From the NCBI GenBank assembly GCA_963695995.1, contig CAVOIV010000006.1:23718-87717 (forward strand): a stretch of DNA of 64,000 bases, read 5' to 3'. Shown piece by piece: positions 48,239 to 59,185 of this stretch. Source of the stretch: an uncultured Methylomirabilota bacterium (lineage in GTDB: Bacteria; Methylomirabilota; Methylomirabilia; Methylomirabilales; 2-02-FULL-66-22). The notes beneath the pieces are model-generated. The model saw only the letters and a program-made list of their open reading frames with translations. It ran no database searches and was not told where the DNA came from. The position numbers and the translations under genes were made by a program. Position 1 is the first letter of the stretch; the number at the start of each line of letters is the position of its first letter.

Positions 48239-49429
48239 ATGGCTGACGATTCCCTCGGACCGCCGCCGATCGCGGTCACGCCTCGCGTCTCCATTCAACG
48301 GCTCGCCACGTACGAGCCGGCGGCGGTGGACCGGGCCGTCCGGGCCGTGCTCGAGCCGCTGGGCGGCATCGGCGCCTTCGTCGCGCCCGGGGCGCGTGTC
48401 GTCCTCAAGCCCAACTTGCTCATGCCGAGCGCGCCCGAGCGGGCCGTCTGCACCCATCCGGAGATCTCCGCGCCGTCGCCAGGCTGGCGCGCGAGGCCGG
48501 GGCGGCGGTCGTCGAGGCCACGGACAGCCCGGGCGTGGGGATCCGCCCGGCGATGCGCCCGGCATCTGGGCCTCGGCGACGACGAACTCCTGACGCGTCC
48601 ACGACGCGGACGAGGGGATGGATGTGGCGCCCGCCGGCACCGCCTTTCACCGGCTCCGGCTGATCCGACGCCTCCTCGACGCGGACCTGGTGATCAACCT
48701 GCCCAAGGCCAAGACCCACGGGCAGATGGTCATGACGGCGGCGGTCAAGAACAGCTTCGGCGCCGTGGTCGGCATGGAAAAGGCGCAGTGGCACTTCCGC
48801 GCAGGGAAGAGCCCCGCGGACTTCGCGCGTCTCCTCTTGCACGTCCACGCCCTGATCGCGCCACGGCTCTCCATCCTGGACGCCGTCATCGGAATGGAGG
48901 GGAACGGCCCCAGCGCCGGCGACCCGCGGCCGCTCGGCCTCCTGATGGCCTCCGCGGACGCTCACGCTTTGGACGCGGTTCTGGCCCGGATCTGGGGCCT
49001 CGACCCGCACCAGGTCTTCACGCTGGCGCGTCGCCCGCGGTCTCCACCTGCTGCCGCCATTCGATCGAGATCGAGATCGTCGGCCCGCCGCCCGACGATC
49101 TGCGTCCGCGCCCGACCTGGCGTCTGGCGCGGCCCGCGCCGCTTCGCGGGTTCGGCGGGCCGGTGTGGCTCTCGGCGTTCCTGGAGCGCCTGATGACGGT
49201 CCGGCCCGAGATCGACCGCGGCGCGTGCGTGGCCTGCGGGGAATGCGCCCGCGTCTGCGCCGCCCACGCTATCGCGCTCAATCCCGACGGCGCCCCATCC
49301 GTGCCGCCGGTGATGATCGATCGCGATCAGTGCATCGCCTGTTTCTGTTGCCAGGAGATGTGCCCCGAGGGGGCCATCCGCGTGTCGGCGGGCCTCGCCG
49401 CTCGCCTGTTCGGCTGGGGAACACGATAG
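48239..49429 (+). CDS. DUF362 protein with C-terminal 2x[4Fe-4S] domain (frameshifted)
   Basis: VVLKPNLL, THP, INLPKAKTH, GMEGNGP, CVACGECARVC and CIACFCCQEMCP. Confidence 0.88.
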   Translation: MADDSLGPPPIAVTPRVSIQRLATYEPAAVDRAVRAVLEPLGGIGAFVAPGARVVLKPNLLMPSAPERAVCTHPEISAPSPGWRARPGRRSSRPRTARAWGSARRCARHLGLGDDELLTRPRRGRGDGCGARRHRLSPAPADPTPPRRGPGDQPAQGQDPRADGHDGGGQEQLRRRGRHGKGAVALPRREEPRGLRASPLARPRPDRATALHPGRRHRNGGERPQRRRPAAARPPDGLRGRSRFGRGSGPDLGPRPAPGLHAGASPAVSTCCRHSIEIEIVGPPPDDLRPRPTWRLARPAPLRGFGGPVWLSAFLERLMTVRPEIDRGACVACGECARVCAAHAIALNPDGAPSVPPVMIDRDQCIACFCCQEMCPEGAIRVSAGLAARLFGWGTR

Positions 49430-49653
49430 AACCGCGCCCTTGACGCGACGCGCCCAGGCCGCCTTTTCCGGGTCGTGTCTTCCGGATTTCTGCTTGACAC
49501 CGCGGGCGCCCTTGCGGCATCCTCGGACCGGATGCGGTTTCGCGAGAGCCGGTCGTGACGCGTTGGGATCGCGATCGCAGAGACCGGCGCGATCCCGTTC
49601 GCCTAGCCTGACCTGTCCCTGCACGGCACCAACCACGACAAGGAGATACCCAC

Positions 49654-50555
49654 ATGAGCAACGTCCCCGCTGCGGCCAAGCCGCTGGCCGATCTTCGGCC
49701 GCAACGCCCCTTCTTCGTCGGGATCGATTCGGACGGCTGTGCGTTCGACTCGATGGAGATCAAGCACAAGGAGTGCTTCTGCCCGAACATCATCAAGTGG
49801 TGGGACCTGCAGCCGGTGTCCAAGTACGCGCGCGAGGCGGCCGAGTTCGTCAACCTGTACAGCAAATGGCGCGGCATCAACCGCTGGCCCGCGCTGATCA
49901 TGGTCTTCGACCTGCTGCGGGAGCGCCCCGAGGTCATCGCGCGCGGCGCCCGGATCACCGAGGCAAAGAAGGTGCGCGAGTTCATGACGTCGGGACAGCC
50001 CCTCAGCGACGCCGGCCTCAAGGCGTACATGGCCGAGCATCCGGATCCCGAACTGGACAAGGCGCTGGGGCTGGACGCAAGGCGGTCAACGCCTCCATCG
50101 CCGACATGGTGCACGGCGTCCCCCCCTTCCCGTACATGCGCGAGAGCCTGCAGGCGCTGCAGAGTCAGGCCGACGTTGTCGTCGTGTCGCGCCACCCCCA
50201 CCGAGGCCCTCGTCCGCGAGTGGGAGGAGCACGACATCGCCAAGTATGCGCGCATCATCGCCGGTCAGGAGATGGGCAGCAAGAAGCAGCACCTGGCCCT
50301 GGCCGCCAAAGGCAAGTACGCGCCCGATCACATCCTGATGATGGGTGACGCGCCCGGCGACATGGAGGCGGCCAAGGCCAACGAGCGTGCTCTTCTTCCC
50401 CATCAATCCCGGCGCAGGAAGAGAAGTCGTGGGAGCGCTTTTTCAAGGAGGGTCTCGCGCGATTCACCGCCGGCACCTTCGCGGGGGAGTACGAGGCGTC
50501 GCTCATCGCCGAGTTCGAGACGCTCCTGCCCAGCACGCCGCCCTGGAAGAAGTAG
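49654..50555 (+). CDS. HAD-superfamily hydrolase (frameshifted)
   Basis: GIDSDGC motif I; GQEMGSK; MMGDAPGD. Confidence 0.85.
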
Positions 50556-50579
50556 CGCCGTACAGGAAAGGAAGACACC

Positions 50580-52052
50580 ATGAGCCACGCGGATATCGGA
50601 CTGATCGGCCTGGCCGTCATGGGCCAGAACCTGGTCCTGAACATGAACGACCACGGATTCACCGTGGCCGTCTACAACCGCACCGTGTCCAAGGTGGACG
50701 AGTTCCTGGCCAAGGAGGCCAAGGGCACCAAGATCATCGGCGCGCACTCCATCGAGGAGCTGGTCGCCGCCGCTGAAGCGGCCCCGCCGGGTCATGCTGA
50801 TGGTCAAGGCCGGCAAGCCGGTGGACGAGTTCATCGAGCAGCTCCTCCCCCACCTCGAGCCGGGCGACATCATCATCGACGGCGGCAACTCGAATTACAA
50901 CGACACCATCCGCCGCACCGCCTACGTCGAATCCAAGGGGCTGCTCTACATCGGCACCGGCGTGTCCGGGCGGCGAGGAGGGGGCGCGCCTCGGCCCCTC
51001 GATCATGCCCGGCGGGTCGCCGGCGGCCTGGCCGCACGTCAAGCCGATCTTCCAGGCCATCGCCGCCAAGGTGAAACGGCCGACGGCGGGGAGGTCCCTG
51101 CTGCGACTGGGTGGGCGAGAACGGCGCCGGGCACTACGTCAAGATGGTGCACAACGGCATCGAGTACGGCGACATGCAGCTGATCTGCGAGGCCTACCAC
51201 CTGATGCGCGACGGCCTGGGCATGAGCGCCGACGAGATGCACAAGGTCTTCGCCAAGTGGAACAAGGGCAAGCTCGACTCGTACCTGATCGAGATCACGC
51301 GCGACATCCTGGCCGTACAAGGACGCCGACGGCAAGCCGCTGGTGGACAAGATCCTGGACACCGCCGAGCAGAAGGGCACCGGCAAGTGGACCGGGCATC
51401 TCGGCGCTGGACATGGGCATCCCGCTGACCATGATCGTCGAGGCGGTGTTCGCGCGGGCGCTGTCGGCGCTGAAGGACGAGCGCGTGGCGGCCGTCCAAG
51501 GTGCTGTCGCGGCCCGACGTCCAAGTTCACCGGCGACAAGAAGGCGTTCGTGGACGACCTGCAGGAGGCGGTCTACGCCTCCAAGATCATCTCCTACACC
51601 CAGGGCTACATGCTGATGCGGGCCGCCGCCAAGGAGTACAAGCTGGAATCTCAACTACGGCGGCATCGCGCTCATGTGGCGCGGCGGCTGCATCATCCGC
51701 TCGGCCTTCCTGGGCAAGATCAAGGAGGCCTTCGACAAGAACCCGAACCTCACCAACCTGCTGCTCGACCCGTACTTCAAGCAGCAGATCGAGGCGGCGC
51801 AGGCCGCGCTGGCGGCGCGTGGTGGCCAAGGCCGTCCAGAAGGGCATCCCGGTCCCGGCCATGTCCAGCGCGCTGGCGTTTTTCGACGGCTACCGCCGCG
51901 AGCGGCTGCCCGCCAATCTGCTGCAGGCGCAGCGCGACTATTTCGGCGCGCACACCTACCAGCGCGTCGACAAGCCGCGCGGCGAGTACTTCCACACCAA
52001 CTGGACCGGGCGCGGCGGCAATGTGACCTCGACCGTGTGGAAGAAGGGCTAG
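50580..52052 (+). CDS. gnd: 6-phosphogluconate dehydrogenase, decarboxylating (frameshifted)
   Basis: [43 protein letters not shown] and [12 protein letters not shown]. Confidence 0.95.
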
Positions 52053-52137
52053 TCGGACGATTCCCCGCTCAGGGGCGCGGTAAATTGCCTCGCACCCGAC
52101 CCTGGGCTCGCCGCATCGCTATTCGCGGAGTGTCGGC

Positions 52138-53436
52138 ATGGCCAGGAACGTCATCGTCGCCCAATCCGGCGGGCCCACCGCCGTCATCAACAACACCTTG
52201 CGCGGCATCCTCGACATGTGCCAGGCGATGCCCGACCGATTCGGCACCGTCTACGCCGGCTACCACGGCATCGAAGGCGTCCTGAAGGAGGAGCTGCTCG
52301 ACCTGTCGGCGCAGCCCGCGGAGGAGATCGCGCTGCTGGCGGCGACCCCTGCCGCGGGCAGCATCGGCACCTGCCGCTACAAGCTCAAGGGCACACAGGA
52401 CGAGGATTTCGAGCGCGTCATCGAGGTCTTCCGGGCGCACGACATCGGCTATTTCTTCTACATCGGCGGCAACGATTCGATGGACACCGCCAACAAGGTC
52501 GCCAAGCTGGCGCACGAGCGCGGACTGGATGTCGTCGCGGTCGGCGTGCCCAAGACGATCGACAACGACGTCGGCGACGCCGAGTTCAAGCTGATCGACC
52601 ACACCCCCGGCTACGGCAGCGTGGCGCGCTACTGGGCGCTGAATGTCCAGGACGCGAACGAGGAGAATGCCGGCTCGTCTCCCGCCGATCCGGTGCTGGT
52701 GATCCAGGCGATGGGGCGCAAGATCGGCTTCATCCCGGCGGCGGCCCGGCTGGCCGATCCGGAGCGGGAGATGCCGCTGCAGATCTACCTGGCCGAGTCG
52801 GGGCTCACGCTGGAGGCGATGGCCGACCACGTGAACGACGAGCTGAAGCGCAGCGGGCGCTGCCTCGTCGTGGTGAGCGAGGGCTTCGACGTGGGCGATC
52901 TGGGCGAGCGAAAGGACAGCTTCGGCCACACCATGTTCTCCGCCTCGGAGATGACCGTCGCCCAGATTGTGGTCAACCACCTGAACAAAGTGGGCCTGAC
53001 GGCCCACGGCGCGGCACGCGCCAACGTCACGGGCACGGACCAGCGCACCGTGATGATGTATGCCTCGACGGTGGACCTGGAGGAGGCCTATCGGCTGGGG
53101 CAGCAGGCGGTTCTGGTCGCCGCGCGGGACGGCTCGGGCTACATGAGCACGATCCTGCGCGATCCGGGCCCGGTCTATATCGTGCGCTACGACAAGGTGC
53201 CGCTGGAGCAGGTGGCCAACTCCGAGCGGGCGTTCCCGCAGCGCTGGATCGCCCCGAGCCGCATCGACGTGACCGACGAGTTCGTCCGCTATGCCCGACC
53301 GCTCATCGGCGACGACTGGCCGGCGGTCCCGCTCGTGGACGGGCGCCAGCGGTTCGCGCGGCTCCGAAAGATCTTTGCCGCGCAGAAACTGCCAGGGTAT
53401 CTGCCGCAGGCGCACCGGCGCTGGGCGACGCCCTAG
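52138..53436 (+). CDS. pfp: PPi-dependent phosphofructokinase family
   Basis: [15 protein letters not shown] (Asp at the PPi-specificity position), PKTIDND and MGR. Confidence 0.88.
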   Translation: MARNVIVAQSGGPTAVINNTLRGILDMCQAMPDRFGTVYAGYHGIEGVLKEELLDLSAQPAEEIALLAATPAAGSIGTCRYKLKGTQDEDFERVIEVFRAHDIGYFFYIGGNDSMDTANKVAKLAHERGLDVVAVGVPKTIDNDVGDAEFKLIDHTPGYGSVARYWALNVQDANEENAGSSPADPVLVIQAMGRKIGFIPAAARLADPEREMPLQIYLAESGLTLEAMADHVNDELKRSGRCLVVVSEGFDVGDLGERKDSFGHTMFSASEMTVAQIVVNHLNKVGLTAHGAARANVTGTDQRTVMMYASTVDLEEAYRLGQQAVLVAARDGSGYMSTILRDPGPVYIVRYDKVPLEQVANSERAFPQRWIAPSRIDVTDEFVRYARPLIGDDWPAVPLVDGRQRFARLRKIFAAQKLPGYLPQAHRRWATP

Positions 53437-53442
53437 CGGATA

Positions 53443-53490
53443 GGAACCAGAACGCCGACGGCGGTCGCGCGCCGTCGGCGTTCTGGTTCC
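53443..53490. terminator. Perfect 21-bp-stem hairpin between convergent genes
   Basis: ggaaccagaacgccgacggcg, 6-nt loop, cgccgtcggcgttctggttcc. Confidence 0.75.
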
Positions 53491-53508
53491 GGGACGTAGC
53501 GCGGGGCG

Positions 53509-54120
53509 CTACAGGAGCGCCGCGGATTTCAGGGCTTTGGCCAGACTCTCGGACAGTTCGCGGCTGAGCGTGGTAATATCGTCCGTCGGGAACGCGCTGC
53601 TCCGACCCCACCAGACCATCTTTTCCGTCCTGGCGTCGAAGACGGTGGTGTCCATTTGCGCCACTCGGTATTCCTCCCGAACGATCGTCTGGGACCCGAG
53701 CAGCGAGTCGTAACGGAACAGGTCGGTATCCTGTTGCCCCGCGGCCTGTCCCGTCGCCTGCCATGGCACCTGGGTCGTCCTGGTCTCGACGCCGATCAGC
53801 CGGGTAGCGATCATGCCGTCGGCGCCCGACGCTTTGACCGCCTCGACGATCTTGTCCCGCCTCACGTCGCTCTCACGAGGGATCAGCGTGTGGCTCGCCA
53901 CCGCGTCCACCCCGCGCCCCTTGAGCGCGCCGACGAGCGCGTCCTCGTAGACCCGGCGATTCGCCGCATCATCCGTGGCCCCCACCACTAGGAGCTTGGC
54001 GAACGGCCGTCCCCGGTAGGCGGGATCCCGCCAGGTCATGTCGAGGTTTGTCGCGGCACAGGCGGAGACGATCAGTATCATCGCCGCGATGAGCCATGCC
54101 ATCCGTGGGCTTGTCCTCAT
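53509..54120 (-). CDS. Lipoprotein of unknown function (DUF4136-like)
   Basis: VSAC lipobox, W.DP.Y motif, and a C-terminal FDART.KMVW.G. Confidence 0.7.
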   Translation of the reverse strand: MRTSPRMAWLIAAMILIVSACAATNLDMTWRDPAYRGRPFAKLLVVGATDDAANRRVYEDALVGALKGRGVDAVASHTLIPRESDVRRDKIVEAVKASGADGMIATRLIGVETRTTQVPWQATGQAAGQQDTDLFRYDSLLGSQTIVREEYRVAQMDTTVFDARTEKMVWWGRSSAFPTDDITTLSRELSESLAKALKSAALL

Positions 54121-54242
54121 CGGACCCTCCTAGTCACCCGCGAGGCGGGGCATGGCGTCCACCGCCTGCGTCCGACCCGGTCGCCGAGTTTACCACCGCG
54201 TGCCATGGACCTCCACTCGCAGTGGGTGTCCTTGCGCCGGCG

Positions 54243-55388
54243 TCACTGGGCGTACGACGGCACGTATTCCCGCGCGTGCCGGAACATCCCCAGAACGTTC
54301 TCGAGGGGCACATCCGGTTGAATGTTGTGGCAATTGGAGAAGACGTAGCCACCCCCCTCGCCCACGTCTTCGATCAACCGCTCGACCATCCGCTTCACGT
54401 CGGCCACGCTCCCGCGCGGGACGGTGCCCTGCGAGTCCGTCCCGCCCCAGAAGGCCATCCGGCCCCGGTACGTCTTCTTCAACTCGGCCGGATTCATCCC
54501 CGCCGCCTGCGGCTGGACGGGGTTCAGGCCGTCCACGCCCATCTCGATCAGGTCGTCAATGATCGAGGCCACCGCGCCGCAGGAATGAAATACGACTTTG
54601 GCGTCGGTCAGCTCCTTGATCTGCCGGAAGAACCGCTGCTGGCGCGGCTTGAGATACTTGAGGTAGTGCTCCCGGCTCACCAGGAAGGCGCCCTGAGAGC
54701 CCAGGTCATCCGAGGTGAGCACCACATCCACCTCTCGGCCGACCTCCAGGAGTTGTCGTCGGGCAATGGCCATCGTGACGTCCATGATGGCGTCGAACAG
54801 AACCTCCAGCCGCTTCGCGTCCACCACGAAATCGCAGAACCAGTCCTCGAAGCCCCGCAAGTACTGGCTGATATGGACGAACGCGGGGGGCAGGGCCAGC
54901 ACCGCGGCCGCATCCGTGTGGGATCGGATCCAGCGCACGCGGTCCTTGAGTCCGTCGGTGAAGCCGGGATCATCCGGATCGGGCCACGGGTACTTCAGGA
55001 TGTCGGCGATGGCGATGTCGCCGGCTAGCGGCGACCCCGCCAGGTCGTAGTAGAGGCTGCCCGCCGGCTGCGTCCGCTCGACTCCCCACATGTCCCGGTA
55101 GCGGTTGGGCCCCAGGTCGGCAGCCAGCCCCCGGGTCGGGCCGCCTGGGAACACGCCGCGCGTATCGATGGCGAGGGCCCTCAAGACCCCTTCGTCCGCC
55201 TCGACCACCCGCATCATCCGTTCGATGATCTTTGTCGGGGTCGCGATCCCGCAATGCGCCTTGAGTCGCTCGTAGCCCTCCACCACCATGGTGGAGTTCC
55301 TGGTGCCGCCCAGGTCCAGCGGAACGCGGTCCGGCTGCCGGTGCGAGAGGGCGGCCAGCAACCGTTCGCGAGATGTCATCCCTGCCAT
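54243..55388 (-). CDS. Uroporphyrinogen decarboxylase-family (URO-D/MtaA-like) protein
   Basis: MTSRER...PDRVPLDLGG, DMWG, SDDLG, FHSCG, NPVQ, FWGG and HNIQPDVP.EN. Confidence 0.88.
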   Translation of the reverse strand: MAGMTSRERLLAALSHRQPDRVPLDLGGTRNSTMVVEGYERLKAHCGIATPTKIIERMMRVVEADEGVLRALAIDTRGVFPGGPTRGLAADLGPNRYRDMWGVERTQPAGSLYYDLAGSPLAGDIAIADILKYPWPDPDDPGFTDGLKDRVRWIRSHTDAAAVLALPPAFVHISQYLRGFEDWFCDFVVDAKRLEVLFDAIMDVTMAIARRQLLEVGREVDVVLTSDDLGSQGAFLVSREHYLKYLKPRQQRFFRQIKELTDAKVVFHSCGAVASIIDDLIEMGVDGLNPVQPQAAGMNPAELKKTYRGRMAFWGGTDSQGTVPRGSVADVKRMVERLIEDVGEGGGYVFSNCHNIQPDVPLENVLGMFRHAREYVPSYAQ

Positions 55389-55506
55389 AGATTCCCTCCT
55401 CCGTTTCGGGTCGTCGTCAGGTGACTCCATCCGGACCGTTACGGATTGGCCCGGCAACTCGTCCGAGAGATACGGCATTACCTCATAGGATCGGCCGGCG
55501 ACCGGA

Positions 55507-56700
55507 TCATTCCACCGGTGTGGCGCCAAGCTCGGCCTTGACATCGGCGAAGGCCCGCAGGGCGCCGTCCAGGTCCTCGCGCGACAGGGCGGCACTCATC
55601 TGAACCCGGATCCGGGCTTTCCCCCTGGGGACCACCGGGTAGGAGAAACCGACCACGTAGATCCCCTTGTCGAGCAGGCGGGCCGCCATCCGGTGGGCGA
55701 GGGCCGCGTCGCCGATCATGATCGGGATGATCGGGTGGTCGCCCGGCGTGACCGTGAATCCCAGCGAGGCGATGCGCCCGCGGAAATACCGCGTGTTCTC
55801 CCACAGGCGCGCCCGGAGCGCGGGCTCGCGTTCGACCAGTTCCAGGGCCTTGAGCGCCCCGGCGAGGACGGCGGGCGGCACCGTGTTGGAGAAGAGGTAG
55901 GGGCGCGAGCGCTGCCGGAGGAATTCGATGATCTCCCGACGGCCGCTCGCGTACCCCCCGCTGGCGCCGCCCAACGCCTTGCCCAGCGTCCCGGTCAGCA
56001 CGTCCACGCGCCCCATCACACCCGCCTGCTCGTGGGTTCCGCGTCCGCGCGGGCCGACGAAACCGGTCGCGTGGGAATCGTCCACCAGCACGAGGGCCTC
56101 GTATCGCTCGGCCAGGGCGCAGATCCCGGCCAGCGGCGCCATAGCGCCATCCATGGAAAAGACGCCGTCGGTGGCGATGACGCGGAAGCGGGCATCGCGC
56201 GCCTCTAGCAGCCGCGCTTCCAGATCGGCGAGGTCTCCGTTTCGATACCGGAAACGCTGGGCCCGGCATAACCGCACGCCATCGATGATGCTGGCGTGAT
56301 TCAGTTCGTCGCTCACGATGGCGTCCTGCTCGGAGAGCAGGGCCTCGAAGAAGCCGCCGTTGGCATCGAAGCACGACGAGTAGAGAATCGTGTCCTCGGT
56401 TCCCAGGAACTCGCTGAGCTTTCGCTCCAGCTCCTTGTGGATCTCCTGCGTCCCGCAGATGAATCGGACGGACGAGAGCCCGTACCCCCACCGGTCCAGG
56501 CCCGCCTTGGCCGCGGCGACGACCTCCGGGTGATTGGCCAGGCCCAGGTAGTTGTTCGCGCAGAGATTCAGCACCTCCCGGCCCTGGACGGCGATCCGGG
56601 CCCCCTGGGCGCTCGCCAGGAGGCGCTCCCCCTTCCACAAGCCTTCGGCGCGGATGGTCTCCAGTTGGGACGTCAGATGCGCGCATAGCGACGAGAACAT
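55507..56700 (-). CDS. kbl: Glycine C-acetyltransferase
   Basis: [39 protein letters not shown] and ARIRVQMSA. Confidence 0.96.
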   Translation of the reverse strand: MFSSLCAHLTSQLETIRAEGLWKGERLLASAQGARIAVQGREVLNLCANNYLGLANHPEVVAAAKAGLDRWGYGLSSVRFICGTQEIHKELERKLSEFLGTEDTILYSSCFDANGGFFEALLSEQDAIVSDELNHASIIDGVRLCRAQRFRYRNGDLADLEARLLEARDARFRVIATDGVFSMDGAMAPLAGICALAERYEALVLVDDSHATGFVGPRGRGTHEQAGVMGRVDVLTGTLGKALGGASGGYASGRREIIEFLRQRSRPYLFSNTVPPAVLAGALKALELVEREPALRARLWENTRYFRGRIASLGFTVTPGDHPIIPIMIGDAALAHRMAARLLDKGIYVVGFSYPVVPRGKARIRVQMSAALSREDLDGALRAFADVKAELGATPVE

Positions 56701-56703
56701 GGC

Positions 56704-57735
56704 CTACTCCTCACTCCAGGTCATTACCACCTTGCCGGCCTGCCCCGATCGGACTGCGGCAAACGCCTCCTCGTACCGATCCGCAGGAAAGCGGTGCGTG
56801 ATCACGGGTGTGATGTCGAGGCCGCTCTGGATCATCACCGTCATCTTGTACCAGGTCTCGTACATCTCGCGACCGTAGATTCCCTTGATCGTCAGCCCGT
56901 TGAAGATGATCAGGTTCCAGTTCACCGACATGGGCCGGTCGGGAATCCCCAGCAAGGCCACCCGCCCGCCGTGGCATAGATTCGTCAGCAGATCGCCGAA
57001 CGCGGCTTCGCTCCCGGACATCTCGAGGCCGACGTCGAAGCCCTCCTTCATCCGGAGTTGTTTCTGCACCTCGGCGAGCGGCGCGGCGCGCGGGTCGACC
57101 GCAACGGTCGCGCCCATCCGGCGCGCGAGTTCGAGTCGCCCCGGGTTCAGGTCGGTGACGACCACGTGGCGCGCGCCCGCGTGGCGCACCACGGCGGTGG
57201 CCATCAAGCCGATCGGACCGGCGCCGGTGATCAGCACGTCCTCGCCCAGGACGTCGAAGCTCAACGCCGTGTGCACGGCGTTGCCGAGGGGATCGAAGCA
57301 CGCCAGAACGTCCAGCGGGATCTGGCGACTCGCCCCCCAGACGTTGGTCATCGGGATACAGAGATAGTCTGCGAAGGCGCCCGGGCGGTTGACCCCCACA
57401 CCCTGGGTGTGCGGGCAGAGGTGGCGTCGGCCGGCCATGCAGTTCCGGCAGCGACCGCAGACGAGATGCCCCTCGCCGCTGACGAGATCCCCCGGTTGGA
57501 ATCCGGTGACGTTGCTCCCCACCCGCTCCACGCGCCCCACGAACTCGTGCCCCACGACCATCGGCACCGGGATCGTCTGCTGCGCCCAAGCATCCCAGAC
57601 ATAGATGTGGAGGTCGGTGCCGCAGATGCCCGTCTTGAGGATGCGGACCAGGACATCGTTGATCCCCGGCTCGGGGACGGGCACCTCCTCCATCCAGAGG
57701 CCAATCTCCGGCCGGCTCTTCACCAGGGCTCTCAT
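56704..57735 (-). CDS. tdh: L-threonine 3-dehydrogenase
   Basis: [30 protein letters not shown] and [14 protein letters not shown]. Confidence 0.96.
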   Translation of the reverse strand: MRALVKSRPEIGLWMEEVPVPEPGINDVLVRILKTGICGTDLHIYVWDAWAQQTIPVPMVVGHEFVGRVERVGSNVTGFQPGDLVSGEGHLVCGRCRNCMAGRRHLCPHTQGVGVNRPGAFADYLCIPMTNVWGASRQIPLDVLACFDPLGNAVHTALSFDVLGEDVLITGAGPIGLMATAVVRHAGARHVVVTDLNPGRLELARRMGATVAVDPRAAPLAEVQKQLRMKEGFDVGLEMSGSEAAFGDLLTNLCHGGRVALLGIPDRPMSVNWNLIIFNGLTIKGIYGREMYETWYKMTVMIQSGLDITPVITHRFPADRYEEAFAAVRSGQAGKVVMTWSEE

Positions 57736-58005
57736 CGTGCTGGCCACGGACACCTCCCCGCGGCGCTGCGCAGAGCGCGCCGACATGCGTTGCCACACCG
57801 CCCGGCTCGGCCGCTCGGAACGGATCGCGGCCGTGCGTTGGCTTGCGAAGCATCGCCCAGATCCGGGGCCGCGTCAAGCCAGAAGCCGCTCCTTGACCCT
57901 CCCTCGGCTGGTCTGCTACCCTCGGTGCGAGAAGGTCGTTGCGCTTCCTTCGCGAAGTCAGCCCCCCGTCTCGGTCGCTGTCGCATCGCCGACAAGGAGT
58001 CGTCC

Positions 58006-59121
58006 ATGATCGACACGGCTGTCCTGATTCCGAAGCTCAAGGACGCGCTCGACTTCGCCGGCCGCCAGGTACGGAACACCGTCGAGCGGCACCCTGACTT
58101 CTACCCCATGTACACGCGGGACGGAAAATGGAAGCATCAGGGCGAAGCCTGGACGCACTGGTGTGACGGCTTCTTCCCCGGCATGATGTGGCTGATCCAC
58201 ATCCGCACCGGGGACCCGTGGTTCCGCCAGCAGGCCGAGCGGTACTCCAGGCCGCTGGAGCCTCGACAGCACGACCGGGAGGTTCACGACCTCGGCTTTG
58301 TCTTCATGTCCACCTACCATCACTGGTACCGTCTGACCCGGGACCCGAAACTCCGCGACGTGATGATCCAGGCGGGGAAGACCATGGGGCTCCGCTTCAA
58401 GGAGCAGGGGCGATACCTCAGCTCCTTCATCGGACCCGAATCTTGCTTCATCGACATCATGATGAACGTGGGGATCATGTTCTATGCGGCCCGCGAGACC
58501 CAGGACGCCGATCTGCGACACCGCGTCATGGAACACTGCCTCACCACGCGCCGATACCTGGTGCGCGGGGACGGCTCCACGGCCCACGAGGGTATCTTCG
58601 ACCTGGAGACCGGGGAGTTCCTGCGCGAGAGCACGCACCAGGGCCTCCGCGGCGACTCCTCCTGGGCTCGGGGACTGGCGTGGTCGCTGTACGGTTTCGG
58701 GACCGCCTACCGGTACACCCGCGACCGCCGGTTCCTGGAGACGGCCGAACTGAACGCAGACTACTACATCGACAGCACACCGCTCCACGGCGTGCCGCCC
58801 AACGACTTCGACGCCACCGCGGGCCCGCACGGGCAGCCGGAGAGCAGCGCGGCGGCCATCGCCGCCTCGGGACTCCTGGATCTGGCGTCCTTCACACCCC
58901 TCCGGGCCAAGTCCCGGCTGTACCGCGACACGGCGCTGCAGATTCTCGACACGCTGACCGGCGACGAATATTTGGGTCGCAGCACGCCCGGCTGGGAGGG
59001 CGTGCTGAAACGCGGCGTCTACCACATCCGGAAGGGGCTCGGCGTCAACGAGTCGGTGATGTGGGGCGAGTATTTCTTCGTCGAGGCCCTGGTGAAGGCG
59101 CTGGATCTCCTCGGCGCGTAG
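58006..59121 (+). CDS. Glycoside hydrolase family 88 (unsaturated glucuronyl hydrolase-like)
   Basis: WCDGFFPG, HDLGF, IDIMMN, THQG...SSWARG.AW, SSAAAIAASG and WGEYFFVEAL. Confidence 0.9.
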   Translation: MIDTAVLIPKLKDALDFAGRQVRNTVERHPDFYPMYTRDGKWKHQGEAWTHWCDGFFPGMMWLIHIRTGDPWFRQQAERYSRPLEPRQHDREVHDLGFVFMSTYHHWYRLTRDPKLRDVMIQAGKTMGLRFKEQGRYLSSFIGPESCFIDIMMNVGIMFYAARETQDADLRHRVMEHCLTTRRYLVRGDGSTAHEGIFDLETGEFLRESTHQGLRGDSSWARGLAWSLYGFGTAYRYTRDRRFLETAELNADYYIDSTPLHGVPPNDFDATAGPHGQPESSAAAIAASGLLDLASFTPLRAKSRLYRDTALQILDTLTGDEYLGRSTPGWEGVLKRGVYHIRKGLGVNESVMWGEYFFVEALVKALDLLGA

Positions 59122-59185
59122 CCGGCGCATCGTCTGCGGTAGCCGGTGCCCGCTGCCGCTCCGTCGGAGTGTGCTGGAGAGGCGC

